Shown: positions 1 through 10,465 of the stretch, piece after piece
Position numbering within the stretch: the first letter of the stretch is position 1
Layout of the letters: every line of letters begins with the position of its first letter
Origin: Candidatus Sungbacteria bacterium RIFCSPLOWO2_01_FULL_47_32
GTDB taxonomy: Bacteria; Patescibacteriota; Minisyncoccia; Sungbacterales; GWA2-42-14
Assembly (NCBI GenBank): GCA_001820685.1
Contig: MHQP01000014.1
Span: 1 to 53,164 of the forward strand
Direction of reading: 5' to 3'
DNA length: 53,164 nt
Notes under the pieces: generated by a model
Seen by the model: only the letters and a program-made list of their open reading frames with translations
What the model was told of the DNA's origin: nothing
The model's database searches: none
Made by a program: the position numbers and the translations under genes

Positions 1-1371
1 GGAGGCATAGAGAGTACCGGCGATGCTTGAATATCTGCACACTGCATTTTCATCGGTAACGAGAGAAAGATTTGTTTGAGTCGTACCGGTCGTTAACGTA
101 CCCGTAGGCAAGCCCTCGGAGCGAACAGGCGGCGTAGCATCGGACGGGGCTGGGTTGACTGTGACCAGACCATCGTCCCACGTTGCGGGAATCGGACTCA
201 AATTCGGAGTAACAAGGGATTCAGGCTTAGTTTGAAAATCAAGAGTTGATGTCCCGCCCGCCAAAGAATTGAAAGTAAAACTTAATAGATCTCCACTGCC
301 GCTTACGCCAACGCTAGGGAGGCGCGCATAACCAACAATTAAATCCCCCGCCGGATTGACCGCCGTATCTGGTGGAGGTATATCACCGTCGGAATTCAAA
401 AATCCTCCTTCGCTTACTGATACAAACTCTAAAATATCAGGATCAAAAAACAGGTCAAAAGCTACTCCGAAAAGATCTACTATGTTGCTGATTTGAACCG
501 TCACGGTAACTTGAGAGCCAACGGTTACTTCGGTGGATGAGGGGGAAATACTCACGATGGCTGGCAGTGCCTCATCTAGAGTAATAACGCCCGCAGATTC
601 TGACTGTTCTGACTCATTACCCGCCTCGTCATAAGCAGAAACTGAATATGAATACGCTGTTGAGGCGGCAAGGCCGGTGTCTGAATAAAAAGTAACAGAG
701 GCGGTAGCAAGCTCAACGCCGTCACGATAGATCTTATATCCGGCTACACCGACATTATCCATGGACGGAGTCCATGTTAAATCAATTTGACCTGAAGAAA
801 TAGCTGTGGCTTGTAGATCAGCCGGCATGGAGGGTGGCGCGGTATCCTCTGAAGGGGGGTTAGGTATGACAGTGACATCAGCATTCTGCCAGGTAGCAGG
901 GATGGGTTCAAATAACGAATCGGTTAACGAAAAGTCGGTCAAATTAAAAAAAGTCAGGTCTGAAGTTCCTTCGGCCAGAGCGGTAAAAGTTAAATCCATC
1001 AAATCCCCGCTACCGGTAACACCGCTTGCAGCCATTCTGGAGTAAAAAACAGTTACATCTCCAGGCATATCCTCCACTTCCACCGCCAGAAGATCTGTTG
1101 ATTCTCCTTCATCAAGGTTTTGATTAAGAAAATCGCCTTCGACTGCCGGTGGGACGAACTGCAAGACAGTAGGGTCAAATGTCAGATCAAAAACTACGTT
1201 GGAGAGATCGGAGACATCGCTCACCTGAACCGTTACGGTAAATTGAGAGCCGACAGCGACTTCGGTGGATGAGGGAGTAAGTGAAACTTCCGCGGCAAAT
1301 GCAGGGAGATAAAAAGGCAGGATGCCGATAAAAACTAGAATAAAAATAAATAAATATTTCCTGAAATTCAT
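1..1371 (-). CDS. Secreted cohesin-FN3-cohesin surface protein (runs off the window start; missing from the ORF track)
   Basis: Manual translation from ATG at 1371: signal peptide MNFRKYLFIFILVFIGILPFYLPAFA, cohesin-like VSLTPSSTEVAVGSQFTVTVQVSDVSDLSNVVFDLTFDPTVLQF, FN3-like LTWTPSMDNVGVAGYKIYRDG, and a second cohesin-like VTVGSQVTVTVQISNIVDLFGVAFDLFFDPDILEF. The segments I translated are in one frame that is open at base 1. Confidence 0.85.
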   Translation of the reverse strand, partial: MNFRKYLFIFILVFIGILPFYLPAFAAEVSLTPSSTEVAVGSQFTVTVQVSDVSDLSNVVFDLTFDPTVLQFVPPAVEGDFLNQNLDEGESTDLLAVEVEDMPGDVTVFYSRMAASGVTGSGDLMDLTFTALAEGTSDLTFFNLTDFSLTDSLFEPIPATWQNADVTVIPNPPSEDTAPPSMPADLQATAISSGQIDLTWTPSMDNVGVAGYKIYRDGVELATASVTFYSDTGLAASTAYSYSVSAYDEAGNESEQSESAGVITLDEALPAIVSISPSSTEVTVGSQVTVTVQISNIVDLFGVAFDLFFDPDILEFVSVSEGGFLNSDGDIPPPDTAVNPAGDLIVGYARLPSVGVSGSGDLLSFTFNSLAGGTSTLDFQTKPESLVTPNLSPIPATWDDGLVTVNPAPSDATPPVRSEGLPTGTLTTGTTQTNLSLVTDENAVCRYSSIAGTLYAS

Positions 1372-1586
1372 ATGATTAAAGGTTGTTATATTAAATATTT
1401 ATTCTATAAGGCCGCTTATTTTATTATTCTCAAAATGTTTAAATTTTTTTAAACTATCCTGTGTGCCAGCTCGCGAGATGAAGACAAAAAGCGATAAAAA
1501 AGAAAATAGTGATCTGCCAAATTAATGAGTAGAGGCATAAAGCACGGGAAAGCTTGAAAAAGTTCTAAGCATATTTATTAGCATGA

Positions 1587-1614
1587 ATTATACACTAATA
1601 TGAATTTTTGTCAA
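1587..1614 (-). promoter_or_regulatory. sigma70-like promoter facing the cohesin gene
   Basis: Minus strand TTGACA-N16-TATAAT. Confidence 0.5.
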
Positions 1615-1727
1615 TAGCCAGGGGTTGCACGCGCACGAGTAGTTGCTATCTTGACCAACAGAACCATACCGATTACAAGTATTAAAGTAGCCCTTTAATA
1701 ATCCGTTCAAAGAAAAGGAGCTGAAAA

Positions 1728-2339
1728 ATGCGGAAAAGAGTGCTAATGTCGGTACTTTTGGTGCTCTGTCTTGCTCTAGTAGTCCCAAGAACGACGGCGG
1801 CAGGTACCGGAATATTTACATTTACATCGCCTGTCCCTTCAATCAACCCCGCTACCGGTTCACAATACGTCTTAATTGGATATAACCTTTACTGGGGCAC
1901 CTCGAGCGAAAACTACACGCAATGGGTTTTGATCCCGCGCTGTTTGGATTGCCCTCTCCCAAGCGTGGAGGGAGTGCAGGAATATCATTGTCTGGCTGGG
2001 TTTACGCCTGGCACAACGTATTATTTTGTGGTAACAGCACTGTACGAAGGGGATATAGAATCAGACCCTTCCAACGAAGCTGTAAAGACAATGCCGGCGC
2101 CTACCAGGCCAACTGGCAATCTGACGGACTTTCTGTCCTCAAGGGACCGGGTCGATGGTTATGACTTGATTTACTTCAATAAAAATTTCGGGAAGCGTAT
2201 TGTAGGAACTTACTGCTACCCAGCTAACTTTTCGAAGTGGACACGGGACGCGGAGAGATCAGACCTGAACAACGACGGAAGCGTGGATGGTTATGACAAA
2301 AACATTCTTTACTCAAATTACGGAAAAACTTACCCGTAG
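1728..2339 (+). CDS. Secreted FN3 + dockerin-like protein
   Basis: AAGGAG RBS; signal peptide; FN3-like GYNLYWGT..GTTYYFVVTA..ESDPSNE; duplicated Ca-binding segments DRVDGYDLIYFNKNFGK and DLNNDGSVDGYDKNILYSNYGK. Confidence 0.8.
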   Translation: MRKRVLMSVLLVLCLALVVPRTTAAGTGIFTFTSPVPSINPATGSQYVLIGYNLYWGTSSENYTQWVLIPRCLDCPLPSVEGVQEYHCLAGFTPGTTYYFVVTALYEGDIESDPSNEAVKTMPAPTRPTGNLTDFLSSRDRVDGYDLIYFNKNFGKRIVGTYCYPANFSKWTRDAERSDLNNDGSVDGYDKNILYSNYGKTYP

Positions 2340-2365
2340 TTACCATTGGGTGTCAGAAAAATAAG

Positions 2366-2397
2366 GCCGATAGTCTTGCGACTATCGGCAATTTTTT
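2366..2397 (+). terminator. Intrinsic terminator
   Basis: GCCGATAGTC-ttgc-GACTATCGGC hairpin followed by a T-tract. Confidence 0.7.
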
Positions 2398-2576
2398 ATT
2401 TCTATCCGGCCTTGCTATGCCAGAGAGTATAGTCCGAGGTTATTTAAACGCTCCCTTCCGATTCAACGCTTGAGTACGGTCAGCACTACTGCAATAGTTA
2501 AACTTATTTTTTTTAATTCTTCACTCTTTTGTTGCAAAGTCTATAAGTTAGTGGTGCCGATTCGTATAGAAGTAAA

Positions 2577-5500
2577 TTACTGTTTTATAAAGAAGTATTC
2601 CCCGCGCGTTCTTCCAAAGTTCTCTGGAAAATACATCTCTGACGCAACTGCAGGCAAGTGATGATATTTCCCGGGGATAAGAGACCTAACAAAATAATCA
2701 TATTCATAAACACCCGGGGCGAGCCGTTCTTTGAAAAGGAAAAGACGGTCATCGTGGGATTCTTCCGCGTCAGGATACAAAATATTCTGGCGATGCTTTA
2801 CTCTGGAATATTCTTCATCGGCAAGTTCTCCAGGCAAGCTCACAAAACCTCCGAACGAAAATGCAAACAAATTCTTAAATCCGGAAACGAGAGCCGCAAG
2901 GAAGTCGGGAGAGTTCCCGGAAACGGCGCTATTTCCCTTAGCCCTGCCTTGTCCCTCTCCGTCATAATAATCGTCTCCGCCGCCGTATGGGTACGGCCGA
3001 TTTTTTTTCAACGATTGGTCCTCGGTTGCGAGTTTCAGATTTACAAGCTCCATCCCGGCGGGAATAAAGTCTTCAACTGAAACAAAATTCCTTGACTTCG
3101 GAACGATGACCGTGAGGTGTCCCTTCAAAACTTCTCCGACTTTCGATTCGGAAACCGGGTTTTTATTTTGTTCGTCGTCAAGCCGGTAAAACTCGCGAGT
3201 TACCGCAAAGCCTTCGTCCCGTGGCGGAATACTATCAATCGGCAAGAAATATTTAAGGAGCATGTCATAGTAAAACGCATTCGGAAGATTGTTCTGGTTT
3301 TTTTTCGCAAATTCGATGCTATGTACGGAGTTTGAAGGAAAATCCGCAACAGGAAGGAATGTTTCGAATGTATTTAATATCGTATCCTTGTTGAAATAGA
3401 ACGTTCCTTTCTCTTTTCCATCCAAAGAAAGAGAGAGCGAAAACTCGGATTCGGTCTCCATTTTCCATTGAAGAAAGTCAACCAAAGCGTCGATGACGGA
3501 AACCGTGTTATTTGTCGAACCCCACGCTCCGTCTTTTGCGCGAGACCTCAATATCCACCGTAGCACTTTATCCATTATCGGGTTTTGCGACCTGTCGGCA
3601 ACCAAGGCTTTCAAAAGGAGTGCCGTATCCTTTACCGGAGTTTCATAATAATCCCAAAGCCACTGACCGCTGAATTCCCTCAAAAAGGCTCCGCGCGCAT
3701 CGATTGTAATTCTATTTTCTAGAGTTTTAAAAACATCATTCTTTACGGAAACCGGATATCCTTTGGTGAGAATGATGGCGAGGTACGCAAGCGAGATGTT
3801 CGAGATATCTTCACGAACAAACTTTTTATCAACCGTAATATCCAAAATTTTATTTCTTAAGACACTCTGTGCCGCGTTAAATCCGTCAAGCCGGGAAAGA
3901 GCATACGTCGTGAGGATGACAAGATTTTTATCCTGATTCAGCCGGTAATCTGATACTATTTGGCTATAGAGAAACTGCGCGGCCCGATTTAACACGGAAT
4001 CGTTAACGGCATACCCTGCCCGTTTTAATTCTTCAATGGCGTTTACGATATGAAGCGTCAAATGGAAGCTTGGCTCCATCCCCCGATAATATGTAAATCC
4101 GCCCGCCGCTGTCTGATTTGAATATATTCGCGCAAGCCCAATCTCAACCACGTCGTCAACCGAGTATTTTTTGCCCGCAAACTCAACATCTTTCAAAGAA
4201 AATTTATCTCCCACATTCGGAACGGAAAGACCGCGTTTCACAATAGCAATTGAACTCAACTTGCTTGCAATCTGCTCCGAACAGCCATACGGATATGACA
4301 CGAGATAGTTAAGCGCATCCGACAAAAACACGGCAAGAGTAGCGCTCGTTTTGAGCGTAACCCCTCCTTTGTCCTTTACGATATTGTCGGGAAGAAATAC
4401 ATATTCCTTAGCATGTGCGTTTGACGTAAAATAGGCAGTCGCCACCGATTCGTACGTGTCGTTCCTTTTTATCGGGAAGGAGTTTTCTACAGTATCTTCG
4501 TACGAATCATTTTTTGCGGAAATAGTGAACGTGTGCTCGCCGTCCTGAATCTTTTCGGGAGATACGACCGGAAAATAGACCATTGAAGTGTCGCGCGCTT
4601 TTACGGTAACGGACGTTTGGACGTCGCCTTTTGCCTCGAGAGTCGGACTGGTTAATGAAACAGCAAGTTTTTGCGAAGTATCGGTCTGATTGAATATTTT
4701 CGCTCCGATCATAAATTCGTCTCCGGGAATGGCAAAACGCGGGCGCAATGGCGTCACCATGAGGTCTTTTTGGGAAACAAACTCACTATATCCGACGCCG
4801 ACTTTCGTATCTTTAGTAACGCCCAAAACCTCGGTTTGCCATGTCGTAAGGTTGTCGGGAAGCGTGAATGTTACTTCGGCCTTCCCGTCTTTTCCTGTTT
4901 CAACAACTCCCTCCCAGTACGCGGTATCCTTAAAGATGCCTCTTTTTTTCTTCGCTAAATCTTCCGGCTCTCCTCCGCCGCCGCCTTTTGTGCCGAGCGG
5001 AATTTCTGCCTCATAAAGAATATTCTTGATATTGGAAGCGGTGGTAACGGTTAACGGCATTCCTCCGTAGAAAAATGCAACCGGATTTTTCTTCGGATTT
5101 CCCTTAAGGGCAAGAACGCTCAAATCCGCAACCGCGACGGAAATTTCCGCCGGAAGAGCCCTGCCAAAAGAATCTTTTGTTTCAATAGAAAGGCGGACTT
5201 GCTCTCCCGGAAGATAGTGGTTCTTGCTCGGCTTCACGTTGATAAATACCTCTTTTTCTTTCGTGTTGACGACAAAATGGATTTGTCCGAATTTCACCTC
5301 GGGACGCGGAGAAAGCACTATCACAGAGACGTAGACATCCGGGATGTGCGCTTCTTTTACCTCAAACGTATAATCAACAAGGTTGCGGTCAATATCAATG
5401 ATCGAGTAGTCAAAGATCTTGCCGCGCTCAATACTCACGAGCGCCTTTGCTTTCGTGTACGGCGACTTAATAATAATTTTAATTTTATCGCCAACATCAA

Positions 5501-8500
5501 CCTTTGATTTCTCTACAGCCAAATCGAGGGATTCGTTGTTCGTCGGCCGAATGGTCACGGCACCTGACCCATACACATAAAAGTCCTGCGTGGAAATAAC
5601 AGCATTGCCACGGCCGTCAATGGAGCGCGTCGTGATCTCAAATTCGCCTTCCTGATCAACGCTGAATTCTTTACTGAAATTTCCCTTCGAATCGGTCCCT
5701 GCGGTAAACTGCTGGACTATTTCTTTCTTTTTTTGCGATTCATAATAATAACCGCCATCAACTTCGCGCCGTTTAAAGTACTCCCACCTGATCTTTGAAA
5801 TCTCAACTGCGATATTATTTACAGGCTTTTCTTTCCCCTTGGTGTCAACCGATTTGATTCGAAGTGTATTCGGCTCGCCTTTTCCGAAATAACCCTTATC
5901 AAGATTAATCCCAACATAGAACTCGCCCCGATGAACGATGATGGACTTTTCCTGGGACACGGACTGTCCCGTCTTATTCTTGACGGTAACACGAACAATA
6001 AATATCTTGCTTTTGTTCCGCGACTCCTCTTTGAAAAATTTCTGAAAATCAAAAAGCTGTTCAATCTTCGCCTTTCCATTTCCGTCAAGCGTTGTTTTCC
6101 CCCGCATGATGAACGAGTCTCCATAAAACCCTCCGTATGAATAGTACCAATCCGAACCGAATTGGAAGTACCCGTCGTGATATCGGTCAAAGTAATAATC
6201 TTGGGAAAGAATGGAATACGCGACCTTCCCGCCCTCAACGGGCACTCCGAAATAATAATTCGCGTCAATACCGAGATTCATGGTATCTCCGGCTATGTAC
6301 TCATCCTTGCCGCTTGAAAGTTCAACTTTGAACGGAGACGGTACATACTCTTCGACGTCAAAATAAAAGTATCCGCCGAGCCCCTGTATCCGATAAGTTC
6401 CCAAAGGAGCATGGGCATCCAGCACAAAATGCGCGTTGAACGTTCCGTATCCATTGATATCGGCATCCTGCTTAAATACCGATTCATTCTTGCTGTTGAA
6501 TACTTCAAGTAGCGCCTTTTTGTCTTTAAAAATTTCGTAATTCGCGTCATATCCGATCCTATAAATTCCCTTAAGAAACACCTCTTGCCCAGGCCGATAG
6601 ATGGGGCGGTCGGTATAAATATAGGTTCGTTCAGCCGAACGGGCCTGTGACGCCCACTGGAATTTATCGAGTCCGCCAGAAACAATCGTGCTGTCTTTAT
6701 CTTTTGAAACTACTGCCGCCCCAACCAAAGAGATGACCTTTGTCCGCGCGACACCCGACGCATCCGTAAAAGACGAATCGGCAAGCGTGAAAGCAGAATC
6801 TTTTTTTTGATACAAATCGACTTTGGCACCCGAAACAGCAGCAAGCGTGCCGACTCCAGTAACCCAATAGAGGTTCCCGCCGGCCCCATTTATTATGGAC
6901 CGTGTCAGTTCCGGATCCTTTTCTGCCTCTCCGTACCATTCGTCCGAGCGTTCAATCTTTTTTTCCTGAACTGCTAACTTTGTCACGTTCAAAAAAGTCC
7001 TTTCATATACCGGCAAGCCAGATTCTGTGCGGTTCGTCCGATAATTATAGATCTCCTCCCGATAATCGGGATTGCTAAATGATAAGACGTAATAGCCGAG
7101 CAGATCAGGAACATACTCCTTGAGATCAATCTGAAAATAATTGTTCGACCAATATTTTTTGGGAAGATCAATTCGCTTCTGAATCGTCCGAATGCATGAA
7201 AGATTTTCACCCGGCGTTCCTGCTTTCGGCCGGCCATCATAATCAAGATACGCAAGCATGGTAGCGGCACTTACCTGGCAAATATGCATATTGACATATT
7301 CGAGGTTTTCAGCCGCATACGTAAGTTTTGTCCGTTCAGGGGTGGTTACGTTATATGCTTTCTGGAGATGGTGAAAACGGCGATAGATTGAAGGAATTTT
7401 TTCAGAAGTAAGTTCAATGATTTTTTCCGTTCTCTGTCCAAAATCATCTTGCGGCGTAAGGCTGATGCGATAAAAACTTTCCGGCATAAGGCCGTAATTG
7501 ACGGTATTTTCAAACTCGCCGACAGCGCACGGTGTGCCGGTAAAGCCCGCCCCGATCCGAAACGGATCCTCCCAGTCCCATTTCCCCAGACCAATATTGG
7601 ACTGAAGGCGGCTAGAAAAGTTTTCTTCTGTCGCAGGAGTTAAGGGGTTTGTTGTGCAAATTTTCAGCTCGGTAAGTTTCCCGTTCTGGTTGCCGCTTGC
7701 CGGAACGGTGCGAGTGATTTTAAGGTTAGGATATGTCGTTATTGTTTTGGTTATAATTTCCGCGTTCAGCTGAAGGCCGGAGGTATTGAAAATATTTTTA
7801 AACTGCACGGGGATCGCCTGCGCCCTTCCCCAGCCATCAGGCCGGAACTTAAGATAGATCTTTTTTTTGTCAGGAATTCTTTCGCATCCGCCTCCAATCC
7901 TGACCTCGTTTCCATCCTCGTCAAGTTTGCATGTGTCCCCATACCCGACCTCTTGAAGCCCGTCTGCTTTTATAATTGAGGCATCCTTATTAATATCTTC
8001 ATAGAAACTGACCCAGAGTCTTCCTTGGGGGTCGAATAGCCCAGGCTCCGCATATTTTGAACGGGGAGAATCTGCCGAAAGAGACGCAATAACTTCAGGA
8101 ACCCGGATAATGATGCTCCTGCTTTCCGCAAGTTCACTATCCCCTTCCAGCGGAACGGCGTGACTGATTGTTACTTTATACTGGGTATCGAAGTCCCAGA
8201 ATTTTTTTCTGCCATGGCGATCCTCTCTGCTGTATAGTTCAAGAACGGATTTATCTATAAACTCTTCGGTTGTATTTGTTTTTGAGTTATAAACGTGCCT
8301 CTTGCCGTATTCAACAACAAATGAAACATTCTCGTTGTTTTGTACTTTTACTATTTGTATGGATGATTTTGTTCTATCAATGCTGACCGGCTGGTTGAAT
8401 TGAATTCTTACCGGCTCGGAGTAGAGTGTTACCCCATCGTGATGAATCGTGCCGCTTTCATATCGCAGTGGCCGAGTGGTAAACGCGTGGGTAAATGGGG

Positions 8501-9236
8501 AAACAACCAACCCGTCCATAGATACAAAACCGGACTTTACCGAAACCGTATAATGGCTTGAGCGTTGCAATCTACTCACCGGAATAAATTGGAGATTTCG
8601 GGTCGTTATCCACTTAAATTTCCCTGGGGTCACCGGAGAAACTTCCACCGGAATATCTTTGTCAAAAAGGGTATCGAGAGTTGTCAAAGGCACCATCGGC
8701 CGGTTAAACACGATCGTTATTTCCGATTCTTCGGACGCTTCAGTGTCTGCCGCAGGAAAGACGGAAACCACCTTCGGGTCTTCGTCAATAAGAAAATCTT
8801 TTTCGAGAGTCGCTCCATTTGCAGAAACGGCGATAGCGTAGTATTTTCCGATATCCAGTTTTGCCGCCGGATGAAATATAAGTTCTCCGTCGCTTTTCCC
8901 CTGCGCCCAGACGCCGGCAACAGATGGCTCGAAAGAAATTTTATCCTTTGCGTCCTGCGAGTTTATTTTTACATTTTTTGGCAGGCTGACGGTAATTGCG
9001 GCACTTTGCGATATTTTGTCAGGCACGAGAGAAAAAACCTGGCTATAATCGCCGCGGCCCTGCAAAGCATTTTTCGACGCCCCTCCAAAGTAAAATAAAA
9101 GACCGCCAACGATACCAATGGCGGCAAGAGCAATAATTACTTCCCATTTTTTAATGGTAAAATGGTGCGTCGAGATGCTTTCCGGAGGCAAATCGGTTGG
9201 TTTTGGCGCTGGTTGTTGCGGATTTTGTTCGTCCAT
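2577..9236 (-). CDS. Bacterial alpha-2-macroglobulin family protein, N-terminally membrane anchored with Ig-like domains
   Basis: YTDRPIYRPGQ (MG2), TLPDNLTTW, thioester motif PYGCSEQ, C-terminal EMYFPE. Start set at MDEQ (9236); the ORF extends to 9284. Confidence 0.93.
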   Translation of the reverse strand: MDEQNPQQPAPKPTDLPPESISTHHFTIKKWEVIIALAAIGIVGGLLFYFGGASKNALQGRGDYSQVFSLVPDKISQSAAITVSLPKNVKINSQDAKDKISFEPSVAGVWAQGKSDGELIFHPAAKLDIGKYYAIAVSANGATLEKDFLIDEDPKVVSVFPAADTEASEESEITIVFNRPMVPLTTLDTLFDKDIPVEVSPVTPGKFKWITTRNLQFIPVSRLQRSSHYTVSVKSGFVSMDGLVVSPFTHAFTTRPLRYESGTIHHDGVTLYSEPVRIQFNQPVSIDRTKSSIQIVKVQNNENVSFVVEYGKRHVYNSKTNTTEEFIDKSVLELYSREDRHGRKKFWDFDTQYKVTISHAVPLEGDSELAESRSIIIRVPEVIASLSADSPRSKYAEPGLFDPQGRLWVSFYEDINKDASIIKADGLQEVGYGDTCKLDEDGNEVRIGGGCERIPDKKKIYLKFRPDGWGRAQAIPVQFKNIFNTSGLQLNAEIITKTITTYPNLKITRTVPASGNQNGKLTELKICTTNPLTPATEENFSSRLQSNIGLGKWDWEDPFRIGAGFTGTPCAVGEFENTVNYGLMPESFYRISLTPQDDFGQRTEKIIELTSEKIPSIYRRFHHLQKAYNVTTPERTKLTYAAENLEYVNMHICQVSAATMLAYLDYDGRPKAGTPGENLSCIRTIQKRIDLPKKYWSNNYFQIDLKEYVPDLLGYYVLSFSNPDYREEIYNYRTNRTESGLPVYERTFLNVTKLAVQEKKIERSDEWYGEAEKDPELTRSIINGAGGNLYWVTGVGTLAAVSGAKVDLYQKKDSAFTLADSSFTDASGVARTKVISLVGAAVVSKDKDSTIVSGGLDKFQWASQARSAERTYIYTDRPIYRPGQEVFLKGIYRIGYDANYEIFKDKKALLEVFNSKNESVFKQDADINGYGTFNAHFVLDAHAPLGTYRIQGLGGYFYFDVEEYVPSPFKVELSSGKDEYIAGDTMNLGIDANYYFGVPVEGGKVAYSILSQDYYFDRYHDGYFQFGSDWYYSYGGFYGDSFIMRGKTTLDGNGKAKIEQLFDFQKFFKEESRNKSKIFIVRVTVKNKTGQSVSQEKSIIVHRGEFYVGINLDKGYFGKGEPNTLRIKSVDTKGKEKPVNNIAVEISKIRWEYFKRREVDGGYYYESQKKKEIVQQFTAGTDSKGNFSKEFSVDQEGEFEITTRSIDGRGNAVISTQDFYVYGSGAVTIRPTNNESLDLAVEKSKVDVGDKIKIIIKSPYTKAKALVSIERGKIFDYSIIDIDRNLVDYTFEVKEAHIPDVYVSVIVLSPRPEVKFGQIHFVVNTKEKEVFINVKPSKNHYLPGEQVRLSIETKDSFGRALPAEISVAVADLSVLALKGNPKKNPVAFFYGGMPLTVTTASNIKNILYEAEIPLGTKGGGGGEPEDLAKKKRGIFKDTAYWEGVVETGKDGKAEVTFTLPDNLTTWQTEVLGVTKDTKVGVGYSEFVSQKDLMVTPLRPRFAIPGDEFMIGAKIFNQTDTSQKLAVSLTSPTLEAKGDVQTSVTVKARDTSMVYFPVVSPEKIQDGEHTFTISAKNDSYEDTVENSFPIKRNDTYESVATAYFTSNAHAKEYVFLPDNIVKDKGGVTLKTSATLAVFLSDALNYLVSYPYGCSEQIASKLSSIAIVKRGLSVPNVGDKFSLKDVEFAGKKYSVDDVVEIGLARIYSNQTAAGGFTYYRGMEPSFHLTLHIVNAIEELKRAGYAVNDSVLNRAAQFLYSQIVSDYRLNQDKNLVILTTYALSRLDGFNAAQSVLRNKILDITVDKKFVREDISNISLAYLAIILTKGYPVSVKNDVFKTLENRITIDARGAFLREFSGQWLWDYYETPVKDTALLLKALVADRSQNPIMDKVLRWILRSRAKDGAWGSTNNTVSVIDALVDFLQWKMETESEFSLSLSLDGKEKGTFYFNKDTILNTFETFLPVADFPSNSVHSIEFAKKNQNNLPNAFYYDMLLKYFLPIDSIPPRDEGFAVTREFYRLDDEQNKNPVSESKVGEVLKGHLTVIVPKSRNFVSVEDFIPAGMELVNLKLATEDQSLKKNRPYPYGGGDDYYDGEGQGRAKGNSAVSGNSPDFLAALVSGFKNLFAFSFGGFVSLPGELADEEYSRVKHRQNILYPDAEESHDDRLFLFKERLAPGVYEYDYFVRSLIPGKYHHLPAVASEMYFPENFGRTRGEYFFIKQ

Positions 9237-9297
9237 GACAATACTCCTTTCATTATACCTAACTTGAACCCAAAAGTTATGCACAATATTTACAGCA

Positions 9298-9323
9298 AAA
9301 ACACCTCGGATGTGAGGTGTTTC
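9298..9323. terminator. Hairpin, probable terminator
   Basis: AAACACCTC-ggatgt-GAGGTGTTT inverted repeat. Confidence 0.5.
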
Positions 9324-9541
9324 CTATTTTTCCCTAACGGCGTCGCCTAAGAGGAAACATGCACATAAGCCCTTGCTAAAACCGCAGCCGAAGAACCCCG
9401 AGGGCTACGCCAAATATATTTCCATTTTGCTGCTCTCCTTACATCTTCAGCTTCTCCAGGATCCTTTTTATTATGTTGTTGAACTTTTTTAAAATGTCCT
9501 CTAACCAAGCTGACATTTTTTATGAAAAGTAAAACAGACCC

Positions 9542-10201
9542 TTAAGATAAGTTTTTGACAAAATTTCTAATACTCCTCGCCAACAGGCGATAGGCAACAA
9601 AAAATAAAAAAAGGGCAGCCAAAATATAGGCGCTCAGAAGCCACCAATACTCGCCGTTTATAGCATCCCCCGCAAATACCACAATAAAAGCAGCCGGTAG
9701 TTCCGCGATACTAGTTAATATAAGGTAAAGCTTAAAGCGATACTGCAAAAGACCGAACACATATCCGGTCTCGGCGGGAGTTGCAAGCCGGAACAAAAGC
9801 AAAAAAGGGAATGTCATGTGCGGCTCAAGAATCAATCTCCACTTCGCGAGAGAACGCTCGCCGACAAGCCGCTCGACAAGCGGGCGCCCGGCATACCGTC
9901 CGATAGCATAAGCAAGCGCGTCCCCAAGCATCCACCCCGCAAACAAGAAAAAGAATGCCGGAAAAACACCCCAAACAGCTACCACCATCGGCGCAAGCGG
10001 AGAACTGCTGAAAGGACCGAGCAGGACCGATACGGCCGCAAGCGCAACAAAGATTACCACCCCAATAACCGTGTGCTCCGCCATAATACTCACCAACCTT
10101 CCTCCAAATCCGCCAAAATAATTTTCAAAATATGCCGTCGCCACAAATAGCAACACGATGAAGAGAACAATGAAACCGGCTATAGGAATAAGTTTATGCA
10201 T
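9542..10201 (-). CDS. VTT-domain (TVP38/TMEM64/DedA-like) membrane protein
   Basis: Multi-TM protein with GDALAYAIGRYAGRPLV and LLLFRL motifs; start set at MHKL. Confidence 0.8.
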   Translation of the reverse strand: MHKLIPIAGFIVLFIVLLFVATAYFENYFGGFGGRLVSIMAEHTVIGVVIFVALAAVSVLLGPFSSSPLAPMVVAVWGVFPAFFFLFAGWMLGDALAYAIGRYAGRPLVERLVGERSLAKWRLILEPHMTFPFLLLFRLATPAETGYVFGLLQYRFKLYLILTSIAELPAAFIVVFAGDAINGEYWWLLSAYILAALFLFFVAYRLLARSIRNFVKNLS

Positions 10202-10465
10202 ATATCTAGCATGAACAATATTGCTGCTTCTGTCTAGATAGGTAGAGAGAGTAAGCACCGGCTATCGGAGCGGAAACGAATCCGCACGATGGCATTTCGT
10301 TAACAAAAACCAACCCGGAGCGAGGACTTTTGACTGCTTTTTGGCCTCCTTTGAAAGAAGGACCACGAGCTGGTACAATGCCTCTCAATCCCATTTCCTT
10401 GTGCATTTGTTTTGGTGTTGATAAACAACATAGAAATGGTAATATAAAATATATCTTTAACAACC

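Noticed and set aside
2658-9098. Many short ORFs overlapping the A2M gene (and similar ones over other long genes)
   Set aside because: Antisense or alternate-frame shadows of well-supported CDSs, with no motifs.
9375-9440. AAGGAG-led 16-codon ORF MENIFGVALGVLRLRF on the minus strand
   Set aside because: Too short, with no recognisable similarity; could be a decayed gene but cannot be supported.
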